The position numbers and the translations under genes are program-made. From Leucoraja ocellata (lineage: Eukaryota), in NCBI GenBank assembly GCA_036785375.1, contig JAWMAR010000175.1:2604001-2668000 (forward strand): 64,000 bases of DNA, read 5' to 3'. Below the pieces are notes generated by a model. The model saw only the letters and a program-made list of their open reading frames with translations. It had not been told where the DNA came from and ran no database searches. This document shows positions 37,190-50,485 of this stretch, piece after piece. Numbering within the stretch: the stretch's first letter is position 1; the number at the start of each line of letters is the position of its first letter.

Positions 37190-38358
37190 GAATGAATGAA
37201 TGCATAAGTTTATGATTGAATGAATACATTTATTGGCCAAGTATGTTCACATACAAGGAATTTGCCTTGGTGCTCCGCTCGCAAGTAACAACACGACATA
37301 CAGTAAACCATTAAGAATAAAATTTAAAACGTAAAAATATTAAATAAAACATTATAGTTTAAACATGCAAATGAAATAAAATACCATAAGCTACAGATTT
37401 TTGATTATTGAGTAGAGCTACTGCTCTTGGAAAAAAGCTGCTTTTATGTCTGTTTGCGGGACAGTTCGGAGTTGCCTTTCAGAGGGAAGTGCTCCAAAGA
37501 GTTTGTGGCCAGGGTGAGAAAGGTCAGAGATGATCTTACCCGCTCGCTTCCTGGCCATTGCAGTGTAAAGTTCGCCAATGGAGGGAAGGTTGCAGCCAAC
37601 AACCTTCTTAGCTGATCGGCCGATTCGCTGCAGCCTGTGGATGTCGTGCTTGGTGGCCGAGCCAAACCAGACCATGATGGAGAAGTTGAAAACAGACTCT
37701 ACATGGCCGTATAGAATTGGACCATCATTGCCTGTGGCAGATTGTGTTTCCCCAGCTGCCGCAGGAAGTACATCCTCTGTTGGGCCTTTTTTACTGTGGA
37801 GTAGATGGTAACCCCCCCATTTAAGGCCCTTGGAGATGATGGTTCCAAGGAACTTAAAGGACTCCACAGATGTGACTGTGGTGTTGTTGATGGTGAGTGG
37901 GAGGAGGGGAGGGGGAGCTCTCCTAAAGTCTACTATCAATTCCACCGTCTTAGGAACATTGAGCTCAAGGTTGTTGCGACGATACCAGGACGCCAGCTGT
38001 GACATTTCCTGTCTGTAGGCAGATTCCTCCCCATCCTGGATCAGTCTAATCAGGGTTGTGTCGTCCGCAAACTTGAGAAGCTTGACAGAGGTGTCTGTGG
38101 AGGTGCAGTCATTGGTGTAGAGAGAGTAGAGGGGAGGGGAGAGTACGCAGCCTTGCGGTGCTCCTATGTTGAGGGACTACGGGTCTGAGATGTGCTTTCC
38201 CCGTCTCACATGTTGCTTCCTGTCTGTCAGGAAGTTGGTGATCCACTGACAGTGGGATTCAGGCACAGTCAACTGGGAGAGCTTGGAGTGTAGTAGTTCT
38301 GGCACAATGGTGCTGAATGCAGAGCTAAAATCCACAAACAAAATCCTCGCATAGGATT
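37190..38358 (-). mobile_element. Rex1/Babar-like LINE RT/3' fragment
   Basis: YARILFVDFSSAF, GAPQGCVLSP, KFADDTT, WYRRNNLELN..KTVELIVDFRR; (TTCA)n tail. Confidence 0.88.
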
Positions 38359-39559
38359 TTGGCGGTCTAGGTGCTGGAGGATGAAGGGGAATGGCCATGG
38401 TTTCTACCCTTGTTTTTACAGATCTCTTTATAATGGATTTTGGTTATAGTGGACTGACATACCGACCTTCACCACCAGGCCGATGCCACCCCCAGTTGGC
38501 CACTCCCAGGCTGTGCCTGCCATCACCGCCACCACAGCCATGCCCGCCACCATTGCCACCGTCTGCCCGGTCACGCCTGCTGTCACCTCCACCCCAACCA
38601 TGCCCGCCGCCGTTGCCACCGCCTCCCCAGCCACTCTCAGGCCATTCCTGCTGCATCCGTCACCCCTTACCTACACTCTGGAGGGCCGCGATCAACGACT
38701 CCAGCAATCCTCACCTCTTCCCCACTGTCAGCATGCCGGGGCCATCAACTCAACTAGTTTCAAGATCCAGTTCCAGACAGAGTCTCAAGAAGGGTCCCGA
38801 CCTGAAACGTCACCTATCCATGTTGTTCAGAGATGCTGTCTGACCCGTTAAGTTATTTCAGCATTTTGTGTGTAAACCTGCATCTGCAGTTGTTTGGTTG
38901 TACCCTGATAATCCCAAACACGGTTATAGAGGGCAGTCGTCAATAAAGGTACACCACCCCATGATACATTATAATAAGGGTTTACTGTCATTCCTTGACC
39001 CAGTCAGTCAATCAATCGGATTGAACAATTGTTACTGAATGGTGTAAAGTTTAATCTACCAAATACAAGTTCGATTATTTTCTTCAATAAACAATGGAGG
39101 GAAACTAATGAGGAATTAAAAAAAGACAATTAAGAAATGATACAGAAAGCAGTTGGTTATCACAGAAATGGGTCTTCGATGGTGTAACTAGTGGATGACA
39201 CAAGGATCCGTCTTGACCTTCAGTTATCTACTATTTATAGTAATGATCTTGAGGAGGGGGCAGAGTATAATGTATCCAAGTTTGCCAATTTCCCAAAGTA
39301 GTAGGAGGATATGTTGTAATGAGAATATTTGGACTGGAACAGGCTACAGATTGAAAACTTGGCAAATGGAGCATAATGTGGAAAGTGTGAGGTCATGCAT
39401 GTTGAGTAGAGGAATCTAAGAGCAAACTATTACAGGTATGTAAAGGAAGTGAAATACACAGGGATTGAGTTGTTATTGTGCATGAATCACAATGCGTGAG
39501 CTGGAAGCCACATTACATATTGACTTTATTGCAAGAGCTTAGTCATAGAAAAGATCGGC

Positions 39560-40238
39560 ACCAAAAGTTGAACTAACTCAGGCAGCATCTCTGGAGAGAA
39601 GGAATGGGTGACGTTTCAGTCACGGCCCTTCTTCAGACTGGTTAGGGATAAGGGAAACGAGAGATATAGATGATGACATGGAGAGATAAAGAACAATGAA
39701 CGAAAGATATGCAAAAAAGTAACAATGATAAAGGATACAAGCCATTGTTAGCAGTCTGTAGGGTGAAAATGAGACTTGGTTGGGGGAGGGATCGAGAGAG
39801 AGGGAATGCCAGGGCTACCTGAAGTGAGGGAAATCAATATTCATACCATTGGGCTGTAAGCTGCCCAAGCGAAATATGAGATGCTGTTCCTCTAATTTGC
39901 GTTTAGCCTCACTCTGACAATGGAGGAGACCCAGGACAGAAATGTCTGTGTAGGAATGGGAAGGAGAATTAGTGTCCAGCAACCGGGAGATCAGGTTGGT
40001 TCAGGCGGGCTGACTGAAGGTGTTCCGCAAAATGATCACCCAGTCTACGTTTGGTCTCGCCGATGTACAAGAGTCCACATCTTGAACAATGGATACAGTA
40101 GATGAGGTTGGAGGAGGTGCAAGTGAACCTCTGCCTAACCTGAAAGAACTGATGGGATCCCTGGACAGAGTCGAGGGAGGAGATATAGCGACAGGTGTTG
40201 CATCTTCTGCAGTTGCAGAGGAAGGTACCTGGGGAGGT
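39560..40238 (-). mobile_element. Penelope-like element 3' part (GIY-YIG + pseudo-LTR)
   Basis: The reverse complement encodes FQVRQRFTCTSSNLIYCI.CS.C.LLYIGETKRRLG; hammerhead-like motif at ~39609-39636. Confidence 0.8.
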
Positions 40239-41107
40239 TCACTAGACTAATCCTAGGGATGAGATGGTTGCCCCATCTTGAAATTACACCTGTATTCTTT
40301 GGAATTTAGAAGAATGCAGCACAAGAACCGCATAGTGCATAATAAAGTAGTTGAAATGTTTCCTCTAGCGAGATAATATCCAACAAGTCAACATGGTTAC
40401 AAAGGGACACTCGCTTAAAACCGAAGGGCAAAGAACTTCCATTCACAGAGATGTCAAACATCCAGAATTCTCTGACATGGAAGGCTCAATCATGGGAAGT
40501 ATTTAAAGAGAATTTAGATACATTTTTGAAAGAAAGATTAGTGAAATTAAGAGCATGGAAGATTAGCCATAATCATATTGAATGGCAGGGCAGGCTTGAA
40601 GACATGGGACTCCTCCTATTTTCTCATGTTTTTAAGATAAATTATTTAAATCTCCAATAATAATTAAGTCTGAAGCAATTGGACTCAACATGTCAGATCT
40701 GGGTGGTTGTTAGCAATAATTAAGACTTGTCAGAATGTTAGAAATTGCACATTTCTTAGTCTGCTTCATAAAAATATATATTTGTACAGGTGCTTTGTGT
40801 GATTGCACGAGTTTTAATATCACGGTGAGATATTGGTATAACATGGCTTCTGGAGAGTGGATGAGCAACTAAAACAGCATCTTCCTGATTTCCTCATTTA
40901 ATTTCACTGATATGGTTACTGGGAACTCATTCAACTTGTACTTAAATAATATGTGGTGATTAAAAATATTATTTTTAACACGAGAGTCTGGGTGATTGTT
41001 ACTGACTGTAGTTAGGCCATTTTGTATGAAAGAAACGTGACTGGTTGAAAACACTTGGTGCTGTGATGTTCACGTTAATAGAATGGTTTGTTGAGTGTCC
41101 CTGCCAA

Positions 41108-42662
41108 TAGATAGATATAGATAGATATGCCATTTATTGTCACTATACATGTACAATGAAATTAAAAGCTGCTCGTACTCAGTGCATACATATAATTTAG
41201 TACAAAAAACAAGAAACAGAAAAACAAAAACAGAAGGGAGAAGGGAGGGGGGGGTGGGGGGGGATAGGTGCACAATTCTGCGGCGCTATATACATATATA
41301 CAGATGGAAGTCTGGGTGTTGGGCTGTGAAGTCAGTGCATGTGTGAATTTGAATTAAGAGTAGTTATAATTTTCGGAAAGCAACTATTCCTGAGTATTTG
41401 TCCTGGATTTGATGCACCTATAGCGCCTTCCGGAGGGCAGCAGGTCGAACAGTCCAAACGCAGGATGGGAGCTGTCTTTGATGATATTCTTTGCCCTGCT
41501 AAGGCAGCGGGAGGTGTAGATATCCATCAGGGAGGGGAGAGGGCAACCAATGATCTTCTGCGCTGTCCTAGTTACCCTCTGAAGCCTCTCCCTGTCTGCC
41601 ATGGTGCAGCTGCCATACCATGCTGTAATGCAGTATGTCAGCAGGCTCTCGATGGACGAGCGGTAGAAGGTCAGCAGCAGGTTAGAGTCCACAACCTGGA
41701 CTCTCACATGTGCCTGGAGATTACCTTCGTGATTACCGGAGTGAGGGCCACAGGACGGTAGTCATTAAGGCTGGTGATGGGAGACTTCTTCGGCACTGGG
41801 ACGATTGTGGCTGATTTTAGGCAGGACGGAATAACTGCCTGGTCCAGGGAGAGGTTGAAAATTCTGGTGAAGATGGCAGTGAGCTGGTGGGCGCACGCTT
41901 TGAGCACCTTACCAGGGACTCCATCTGGGCCGGTAGCCTTCTTGGGGTTCACTGCCTGGAGCACCCGTCTGACATCGTGCTCCCTGACAGTGAGTGGGTT
42001 AGTACAGGAGCCAGGTGAGGGTGGGAACAGGGCTGTAGCAGGTGAGTGCTGCTGTTGTGATGTTTCAAAGCGGGAGAAGAAGCAATTTAGCTTTTCTGCC
42101 AGCGGCACACTCAGGTCTTCTGACTTTGTGGCACAGCCTCTGTAGTTGGTAATGTCTTGTATGCCCCGCCATACCTCCCGTGTATTATTGCTGGACAAGT
42201 GGGACTCTATGCTCCTCTTATGGTCCGCCTTGGCTTTTTTAATACCACTTTTCAGATCGGCTCGAGCAGCCCTGTACAGAGCTCTGTCACCTGACCTGAA
42301 GGCAGCATCGCGGGCTCTGAGGAGTGTGCGGACCTGGCTGGACATCCAGGGTTTCTGGTTTGGGAAAACCAGTATGTTTTTGTCCACAGTCACATTTCCG
42401 ATGCAGAACTTGATATAGTCCAGCACCGATTCTGTGAGAGTTTCCAGATCCTGGTGTTCGAATATGTCCCAGTTTGTCTGTGTAAAGCAGTCCTGTAGAT
42501 TGGAGAGTGCATCTTCAGGCCAGGTTGTAACAGATCTTATGGTGGGCCTGGCACTGCGTCTGAGGGGGGTGTAGGCTGGAGAGAGCAGGAGAGATGATCT
42601 GACTGGCCGAGTTGGGGGAGGGGGATGGCTCTATACGCGTGCTTAATATTGGCGTAGACAAT
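41108..42662 (-). mobile_element. Rex1/Babar-like LINE, internally deleted
   Basis: FPNQKPWM...KATGPDGVPG..LK.CA.QL..IF..SL...PSCLKSATIVPVPKK..LNDYRPVALT is joined directly to the C-terminal FYRSSIESLL...LPSGRRYR. Confidence 0.85.
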
Positions 42663-43159
42663 GATCACACAGAAAGACTGGAAACTTGGATGAAATACCA
42701 GAGAGTCATTGTGTGTGGTGCAGACTTACGGAAAGTCAGCCTCTTCAAGAAATAACAAAATAAACAATGCAACAACTTCATCAATAGATGTGAAATCTTC
42801 CCATTCTGCTACTGTGCAAAAAAATACATGGCACATGGGAGATGATTCAACACTTGGCAGTATCTCCTATTCCTCACTTCAAAAACAACTTTGCATTAAT
42901 GATACTAAATAGGGTCAATAATCTATTTAACTATGGTTTGCGAGCCACAGGAAGCTCCTTTTGCACCCAAAATTAAAATGTTACGGCAACACCAAAATCG
43001 ACATTAAGTGATTTGTCAGAAATTGAATCTATAGAACCATTGATTTGACTGAGACAACAGGCAAGGGAGCTACTATTACTAGAAAGAACCATACAAAGGT
43101 TCTGCTGAAAATATTACAGATAAAAAAACAGGGACTAGCAATGCACACATGTGTAATAA

Positions 43160-43792
43160 GTTCATAGGTTCTGGGAGCAGAATAAGGCCATTCAGTCCAT
43201 TGCGTCAACTCCACCATTCAATCATAGTTGATTTATCTTTCCCTATCAACCCCATTCTCCTACCTTCTCTCCATAACTCCTGACATCCTTACTAATCAAT
43301 ATCAATTGTCTTGGCCTCCACAGCCGTCTGTGGCAATAAATTCCACAGATTCACCACCCTTTGACTAAATAAATTCCTTCTCATTAACTTTCTAAAGGCA
43401 TGTCCTTTTATTCTGAGGCAATGGCCTCTGATCCTACACTCTCCCACTAGTGGAAACGTCTTCTTCACATTTACTCTATCCAGGCATTTCACGATTCAGT
43501 AAGTTTCAATGAGGTTCCCCCTCATCCTACTAAGCTCAAGTAAGTATGGGCCCAGTGCCTTCAAATGCTCATCGTATGTTAACCCAATCATTCCTGGGAT
43601 CATTCTCGTAAACATCCTCTGGACCCTCTCCAATGCCAGCACATCCATCTTCAGATGTTTGCATTATAGCCCTCTCGACATATTTCCTAGCATTGCATTG
43701 CCTTCCTTACTACAGATTTAACTTGCAACATAACTTTTAGGGAATCCTGCACCAGCACTCCCAAGTCCCTTTTGCAACTCTGATTTCTGAAT
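43160..43792 (-). mobile_element. CR1-like LINE 3' fragment
   Basis: LDRVNV..FPLVGE.R.RGH.LRIKG..FR..MRRN.FSQRVVNLWN. Confidence 0.85.
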
Positions 43793-44489
43793 TAATATTG
43801 GAGTTTGACATAAAAGGCTTAATCAAAGTAAAAACAAAGACTAATCAAAGAAAAGGCACAAAACACCAAAGAAAACAATCAAAGAAAATGCATAAAATGG
43901 GTGTAAAACTGAAGCATAAATATGCCACAAAATATTCAAAATAACAATTTATAGGGGATGCAAATGTCCTAATTATTCACAAACTGAAAACAATATACAA
44001 AATCTATCCGAGCCAAATCAGTTTTGTTTTAGTCTCCTCACAAAATAAGTTAAAGTCTTGCACAGTACACAAGCCATTGGGCTAAATAAAATCTGTCTTT
44101 ATTATCTGGACAGTCACCAGTGAAATTGCTTGGTCAAAGCAGTAGTTGATCATAAGAGCAAAATAAATATTCTGCAACAAGTGTTTTACCAGCAAACTAT
44201 CAATTGCAAGGCACTCTTCACAATAGTTACTTCTTCCTGGCATGCTTTGATTCTGGGCTATATATGGTCACTTTCAATTATATCCTAAAAATAGGCAACT
44301 CTAAGTGACACAAGAAACTGCAGATGCTTAAATCCTGAGCAAAACACAAAGTGCTGGAGGAACCCTGCGGGTCATTCAGTCACATCAAATAATATTACGA
44401 GTACAATCAAGCCATACACCAGCGCAACAGGTTGGACAACGTAAAATACCACTGTGCAAAGTATGGTGTTACAACATTGTAGGATTATA

Positions 44490-44778
44490 GTTTAATGTAG
44501 AGATACAGCGTGGAAACAGGCCCTTCGGCCCACCGAACCACACCTACCAGTGACCCCCACACATTAACATTGCCTCACACACTGGGGAAAATTTACATTC
44601 ATACCAAGCCTATTTATCTACATACTTGTACGTCTTTGGAGTGTGGGAGGAAACCGAAGATCTCAGAGAAAACCCACGCAGGTCATGTGGAGAACGTACA
44701 AACTCCGTACAGACAGCACCCATAGTCGGGATCAAACCCGGGTCTCTGGCGCTGTAAGGCAGCAACTCTACCGCTGCC
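44490..44778 (-). mobile_element. V-SINE (HE1-like)
   Basis: Same head, core and tail as 18300-18606. Confidence 0.85.
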
Positions 44779-46020
44779 CACTTACAGAGAAAATGTTCAA
44801 GGCCCACAACGAGGTAGGTTGGAAGATTGGGACCACACCCTAGTTTATGGGAGGACTGGTCATTAGTAGTCTGGTTACAGCTGGCAAGTTGCTGTTCGGA
44901 GAATTAAGATAAGTACACAGCGGGTTGACAGAGACTAGGTTGATGGAGCCCGCAGCCAGCCCCTGCATTGACGGAGCACCGAGGATGGGTCGGTGCCGCG
45001 GAGGCTTCAGGAGGAGACCCGGCTGCAGTTGTGGGGGAAGTCGGTGATGGTGTTGGGGTCGGCGGTTGTTGAAGGCACGGTGGAGGATGTGCCACCAGAA
45101 ACAAAGGAGGACCCAGCCTGGGGGGGCCGCTGTGAGAGGGGGAGAACAAAGGAGGACCTGCCACAGGATACTCAGTGCCCTTTATGTGGCGACTATTTGC
45201 ATACCTTAGGTATGCAACAAAGAATTTCACTGTGACTTGTCACATGTCAATAAAGTATTTATTCATTCGTTCGTAGTTCATTTTATATACGAGGGGGATT
45301 TTTTGCTTCAACTTTCTTTTGCTCAGAATTCCAGTCAACTTGCGGGAAAAAAAACTTTCCTTTGTTATTCCTAAGTGAATTACTTTAAACCCATGCTCTG
45401 CGGTATTTGACCCCTCTGCACTGGGATATGGGAAGAGCCTTTCCACAACCCTCAGATTTTATGTACCTCTGCTTCCCATTCCTTGCACTGCCCTTCTTGC
45501 TCTATGTTTTCATCACATACTTTCCACAATATTCAATCTCATCTGAACAGTGAAGATAATTAGAAATTAAACATAAGCTTTCAATCAACTTGCAGAAATA
45601 AAACTTGTTAATCTTTTGTTTGAAAAGTAATATCTAAAGCAGAATTTGAACGTGTACCGCAGACAGCAAAGCTCCGTTGATCTTGGAGCACGTGTAATGT
45701 AATATTATCACAGAGGAAAGGCAATATTAACATTACCTATTACGAGTGATGGCATTTGAAGTTTTGACACCGATTCATATGAAAACAGAATGATCCTCTA
45801 AATTTTACTTCAACCACCTTCCTAAAATGTCGGTTTAACTAATTTCGCACCACGTTTTTCTGCAGAAATAAACTGAATACGAGACAGCGCCATAAAATAT
45901 ACCTTGTTTTTTGTTTAAAGCAGTGTTCAAATGGAGAGCCATATTTTAATTTTCCGTTAGCTGTGCTATGGTGGAGGTGGGTCGATAGTTTGGAAGAAAT
46001 AACACCTCCATTAACTGTTC

Positions 46021-46122
46021 AAGAAGGAACTGCAGATGCTGGAAGATCGAAGGTACACAAAGATGCTGGAGAAACTCAGCGGGTGCTGCTGCACCCGCTG
46101 AGTTTCTCCAGCATTTTTGTGT
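46021..46122. mobile_element. Penelope-derived fold-back insertion
   Basis: Inverted arms (ATGCTGGAGAAACTCAGCGGGTGC / GCACCCGCTGAGTTTCTCCAGCAT); 17-bp TSD ACCTCCATTAACTGTTC at 46004-46020 and 46123-46139. Confidence 0.82.
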
Positions 46123-47052
46123 ACCTCCATTAACTGTTCTGCACAACCTACCCGGGAAAATGTATGCGGGGGGTACCACCATTTTAACAACTAGTTGCAC
46201 TTGCATCCAGAACTGCGGTGAAATAACGGTGGCCTTTCTGAAGCCGTGCTCCAGTCAGTTCGAAAGAAAAACAATCTATATTTCAGAGAATTTGAACCAA
46301 GCGTTGTTTCGCTGCAAAACCCCTAGCACGAATTGAACCGTGCAGTTCAACCAAAAACAAACTACAAAGCTTCGGGTCTCCCGAGGGTTTTCCACACAAC
46401 AAAATAACGAGAACTTGCACAAAAATCAGGTTTCAGCTCAGATACGAACACACAATTCCGAAATAAAATTCATATTAGACGTGCCGAGTTAAATTATGCA
46501 GCATTCTCGAATTTATTTGGAGAAAGAGGTTCGTCTGATGCAACTAACGGACCAAGTCTTCGCATGTGTGAGTCAGTGCATCATGCGAGACAGCGAATGA
46601 AATGATTCATGGATGGTCTAGTGCAGGGTTTCACTGACACGGATTTTAATGAACCGATGTCACTGAAATACGGGATTTTAAATTAAAAATGGATTAATGA
46701 TCCGCCTTTAAAATGGGAAGATTTTAACGAGCTTATAATTGAGGCATCTCGTGACTAAAACATAACCTCGTATCCTTTCATACGTTCCTGGGTGCTATAA
46801 CGGTTTTTACTAACATTACCACATGAAAAACTTTGCTGTGAACAGCGCATACAGACGTTTCAAAGGGCAATTAATAATATGGGGGCGAAGTAATTAGTCA
46901 GGTGTTTATTATTTGATGTAAGGAGAGGGTAAAATGGAAAATTGCAAACAATCTCGTCTTTGGACAGCCATGTCCACTCATCGTTTTTTTTTTTGCGGGA
47001 GCTAGCGGTACCAATACATTTCATACAAAGTTAAACGTAGTTTAACTCTTAC

Positions 47053-47101
47053 CTGCCAGGCAGAGTACAGGCATCCACCACGAGAACCCAGATAAACACA
47101 T
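47053..47101 (-). CDS. Putative first coding exon (signal peptide MCLSGFSWWMPVLCLA + phase-1 G) of an unidentified secreted or membrane protein gene
   Basis: AAA-ATG context, a hydrophobic 16-mer, and a strong donor CAG|GTAAGA in phase 1 (typical of signal-peptide exons). Lies in a repeat-poor, CpG-retaining block (~45600-48200). No downstream exon was found in the window. Confidence 0.55.
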
Positions 47102-47800
47102 TTTCAACGTCCTTTACATCCCAAATATTTTGTTACGACTCGAAATTGGCTAATCTTGGGCTGTGAATTAAATTCCGATTTCCCATTGTAATTCCTCTCT
47201 GTCTCTCTCAACACTGGCAAGGCACTGAAGTATCGGCCAAGCTTTATCTGGCACCTGTTACTCGTCCAGCACTAAAGGGCTGTACGCTGTTCCGACCCTT
47301 GACAGAAATAAACCAGCAGAAAGGAACGTGGCTTCGGAAATTCATATATGCCTTTTATTCCGCATATAACGTCTTGTTGCTTCGTGTGTTGGCATGAAAC
47401 AAAATCTAACGCGGGGGGTAATTCGCCGTATAAGTATCCCAGCCCCCCTCTCTCCTGATGAGCTTTTCCAATCACATGGCTTCATTGATGCTGATTTGGT
47501 CTCGACTGTGGCTGAAACTGTCAGCGGTCCTGGCTCAAAGTACAGATCATTTTATCCACTTGCTTATTTTTGCGGGACTTCTTCCTTCACCTTTTGGTAT
47601 TCCATATAACGTGGCGGACAACAGTAGAATTCTAATTAGAATTTAGCCAACGCATGAACTCTCGACTGCATGAATGGTGCCCGTTAATTTTCACCTCACT
47701 GTCTGCATTAACAAAACGCCTTCAAGCTGAGGTTAATGCATTTCGTTCAGAATTCCCACAAAATTGCACAATGCGTTGGACATTGGGAGAATAAATGATG
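47102..47800 (-). promoter_or_regulatory. Putative 5' UTR/promoter region of the signal-peptide gene
   Basis: Unique sequence with visibly more CpGs than the flanks; CCAAT at ~47468; no TE signatures. The TSS cannot be determined. Confidence 0.4.
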
Positions 47801-48549
47801 CTTGTTTGGTTGTGTGGAACATTCAGTATGGCACGATTTTAACTGCAACAATGTAATTAGCTTGCAGTATTCAGACATTTATTGGAAGCAGAGCCCCACT
47901 GAGACATGACCGGAATTGATAAGCTTGTCAGGAAAATGAAGCAGTAGTCCTGATTCCAAACATTACGTTTCAACGAGATGGATTCCAGAACAGCTTGAGC
48001 GAAATAAAAACAAATAATTGTGAAAACATTCACCAGGTCAAGGCAGTATCTGGAGAGAGAAAATTAACATTCCATGCTGATCACCCTTCATGAGAACGGA
48101 GTTGAAATCAAACTGAGAACGCTGTTCCGTCTTATGCGTTCAGCCAGTCAGCCTACAAGACATACAATCACACACCCCATGTGTTATGCAGCTCCATCTT
48201 GAATGGAATTAAGATTTTTCCCTCCACATCCCTAATGCAGGTGACTTTTTTTTTGAGTAAAGGTGTAATTTCTTCCCAAACAATTGTCATTTGACCTTTC
48301 ACCACTTCAGGCATGTGTACTTTTCCTTTGAGTCAGCCTCCCACTTAGATTCTCCGACATTCAGTTATGATTTTGAAAAAGACGCTGCACTCCTGACAGC
48401 GTTCCAGCCTCGTTCCAGACATGAGCATAGGTTGAAATCCAGAGTATCTAACGCACAAAACTGCCCAAGCAAAATAGCGATCAGAGGAAAAGCACTTTCC
48501 AGAATTCCTTACCTGATGTCAGGGAAGATCATTTGTTTGTGTTATTCAT

Positions 48550-48845
48550 ACAACAATGGAAACAGGCCCTTACCCACCGATGTCCATGCCGACCATCGAT
48601 CATCCATTCACACTAGTTCTATGTTATCCCACTTTCTCATCCACTCTCTACACACTAGGGTCAATTTACAGAGGCCAATCACCCTACAAACCCGCACGTC
48701 TTTGGGACTAGGTGGAAACCTGAGCATCCAGTGGAAACCCACGCGGTCACAGGGAGAACGTGCAAAGTCCACACAGTCAGTGCCCCAAGGTCAGGATCAA
48801 ACCCGGGACCCTGGAACTGTGAAGCTGCGGCTCTATCAGCTGTAC
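48550..48845 (-). mobile_element. V-SINE (HE1-like)
   Basis: Degenerate B box (GGGTTTGATCC), V-core and CR1-like tail. Confidence 0.75.
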
Positions 48846-48984
48846 AATCATAAACAAAACACAGAGTGCTGGGGAACTCAATGGGTTAGGCAGCTTCTTT
48901 GGAAAGAAAGGACAGATGATGTTTTGGGACACTTCCAAAATAACTTTTGTTTATTCATGTTCAGGATTTGGGCATTGCAGGTAA

Positions 48985-50485
48985 AAAGTAAAAAAGTAAA
49001 GTATCCTTTATTGTCATTCAGACCTTTCGGTCTGAACGAAATGTCGTGCCTTGCAGTCATACATATAATAAAATAACAAAAACACACAATAAACAAAAAT
49101 TTAACACCCACCACAGTAAGTTCACCAGGCACCTCCACACTGCGATGGAAGGCAAAAGTCTTAGTCTTTGTCTCTTCCCTCCTTGTTCTCCATCTGCGCT
49201 GAGGCGATCCAGGCTGTTGAGTATAAATGGGGATCCTGTGGATAGGGTGAACTGTTTTAAATATCTGGGAGTCCACATCTCTGAGGATATGACATGGTCA
49301 TCACACGCCTCAGCATTGGTGAGTAAGGCAAGGCAGCGCCTTTACCACCTCAGGCAATTGAGGAAATTCAGAGTGTCTCCGAGGATCCTCCAGTGCTTCT
49401 ACGCAGTGGCGGTGGAAAGCATCTTGTCCGGGAACATTACCATCTGGTTCGGGAATTGCTCTGCCAAGGACAAGAAGGCTCTGCAGAGAGTAGTGCGTTC
49501 GGCCGAACGCACTATGGGAACTTCACTCACCCCCCTGCAGGAACTATACAACAGGAGGTGCAACTCCAGAGCAAACAAAATCATGAGAGACCTCTTCCAC
49601 CCCTGCAACGGACTGTTCCAGCCGCTACGGTCAGGCAAACGCCTCCGTTGCCATGCGGTGAGAACGGAGAGGTTGAGAAGGAGTTTCTTCCCAGAGGCAA
49701 TTCGGACTGTAAACGCCTTTCTCACCAGGGACTAACTCTACTGAACGTTTTTCCTTCTATTATTTATTATGTAAAATAATATGTGTGTTATGATTGTGTT
49801 TATAATTTGTTTGGATGTTTTGTTGTTCCGCGAGCATTGCCACTTTCATTTCACTGCACATCTCGTATGTGTATGTGACAAATAAACTTGACTTGACTTG
49901 ACGTTTTGACCCCGCTGGGTGATGGTAAGTAAGTCAGTCCCGCGGCTGAATCCGAACTCCGCGAACGGGCTGGTTGAAACTCCGTGGCCCGGGGTGGTCG
50001 AAGCTGCCGCCCTCCAGTCCAGCGGAGGAAGCTGTTGTTGCGGGAGCTCCGGAAAAACAGGTCACCAACCTGTGACCTGCGAGCTCCCGATGATGTCGTC
50101 CACTGGGCCCGCGGCCGAGCCTCCGAAGTCGGGCCGCCGGCGCCGGAACACCGCCACAGCTCCGAAGTCGGCCAGCCTCGCGCTGGTAAGTCCTGGCTGG
50201 CTCTGCTCCAGAGCCTTGAGGTCGGCCCCAGTTGGAGGCCATCAGCTCCGCCATTAGGCCTCAGCGCAGACGGGGAATACGACAAGAAAAGGTCGCATTC
50301 CCCCGAAGAAAGAGACCAAAAACATGTTTCTCTACCCCCCCCCCCCCCCCCCCACCACCACACATACACAACCTAATAAACTAAAATTAACTAAAACAGG
50401 ACAGAAGAAACCAACAAAAAAAGAAAAAAAACAGACAGACTGCAGGCGAGCCGCAGCTGTTAAGGCAGCGCCGCCACTTCCACTT
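48985..50485 (-). mobile_element. GC-rich non-autonomous retroposon, copy C, split by a Rex1 insertion
   Basis: The 3' part (48985-49215) is homologous to the copy B tail; the 5' part (49900-50485) has the hairpin at 50272-50303 and a GGCGGCGC head. Confidence 0.7.
49216..49900 (+). mobile_element. Rex1/Babar-like LINE 3' fragment (young)
   Basis: INGDPVDRVNCFKYLGVHISEDMTW...; (CTTGA)n tail; near-identical to 16466-17318. Confidence 0.88.

Noticed and set aside
38391-38851. Pro-rich and Thr/Ala-rich ORFs
   Set aside because: They come from a low-complexity GCC/ACC region with a ~60-bp duplication between TE fragments; there is no splice or homology support.
48291-49076. 261-aa ORF
   Set aside because: It starts at TTG, runs through an antisense V-SINE and a retroposon tail, and has no recognisable domain.
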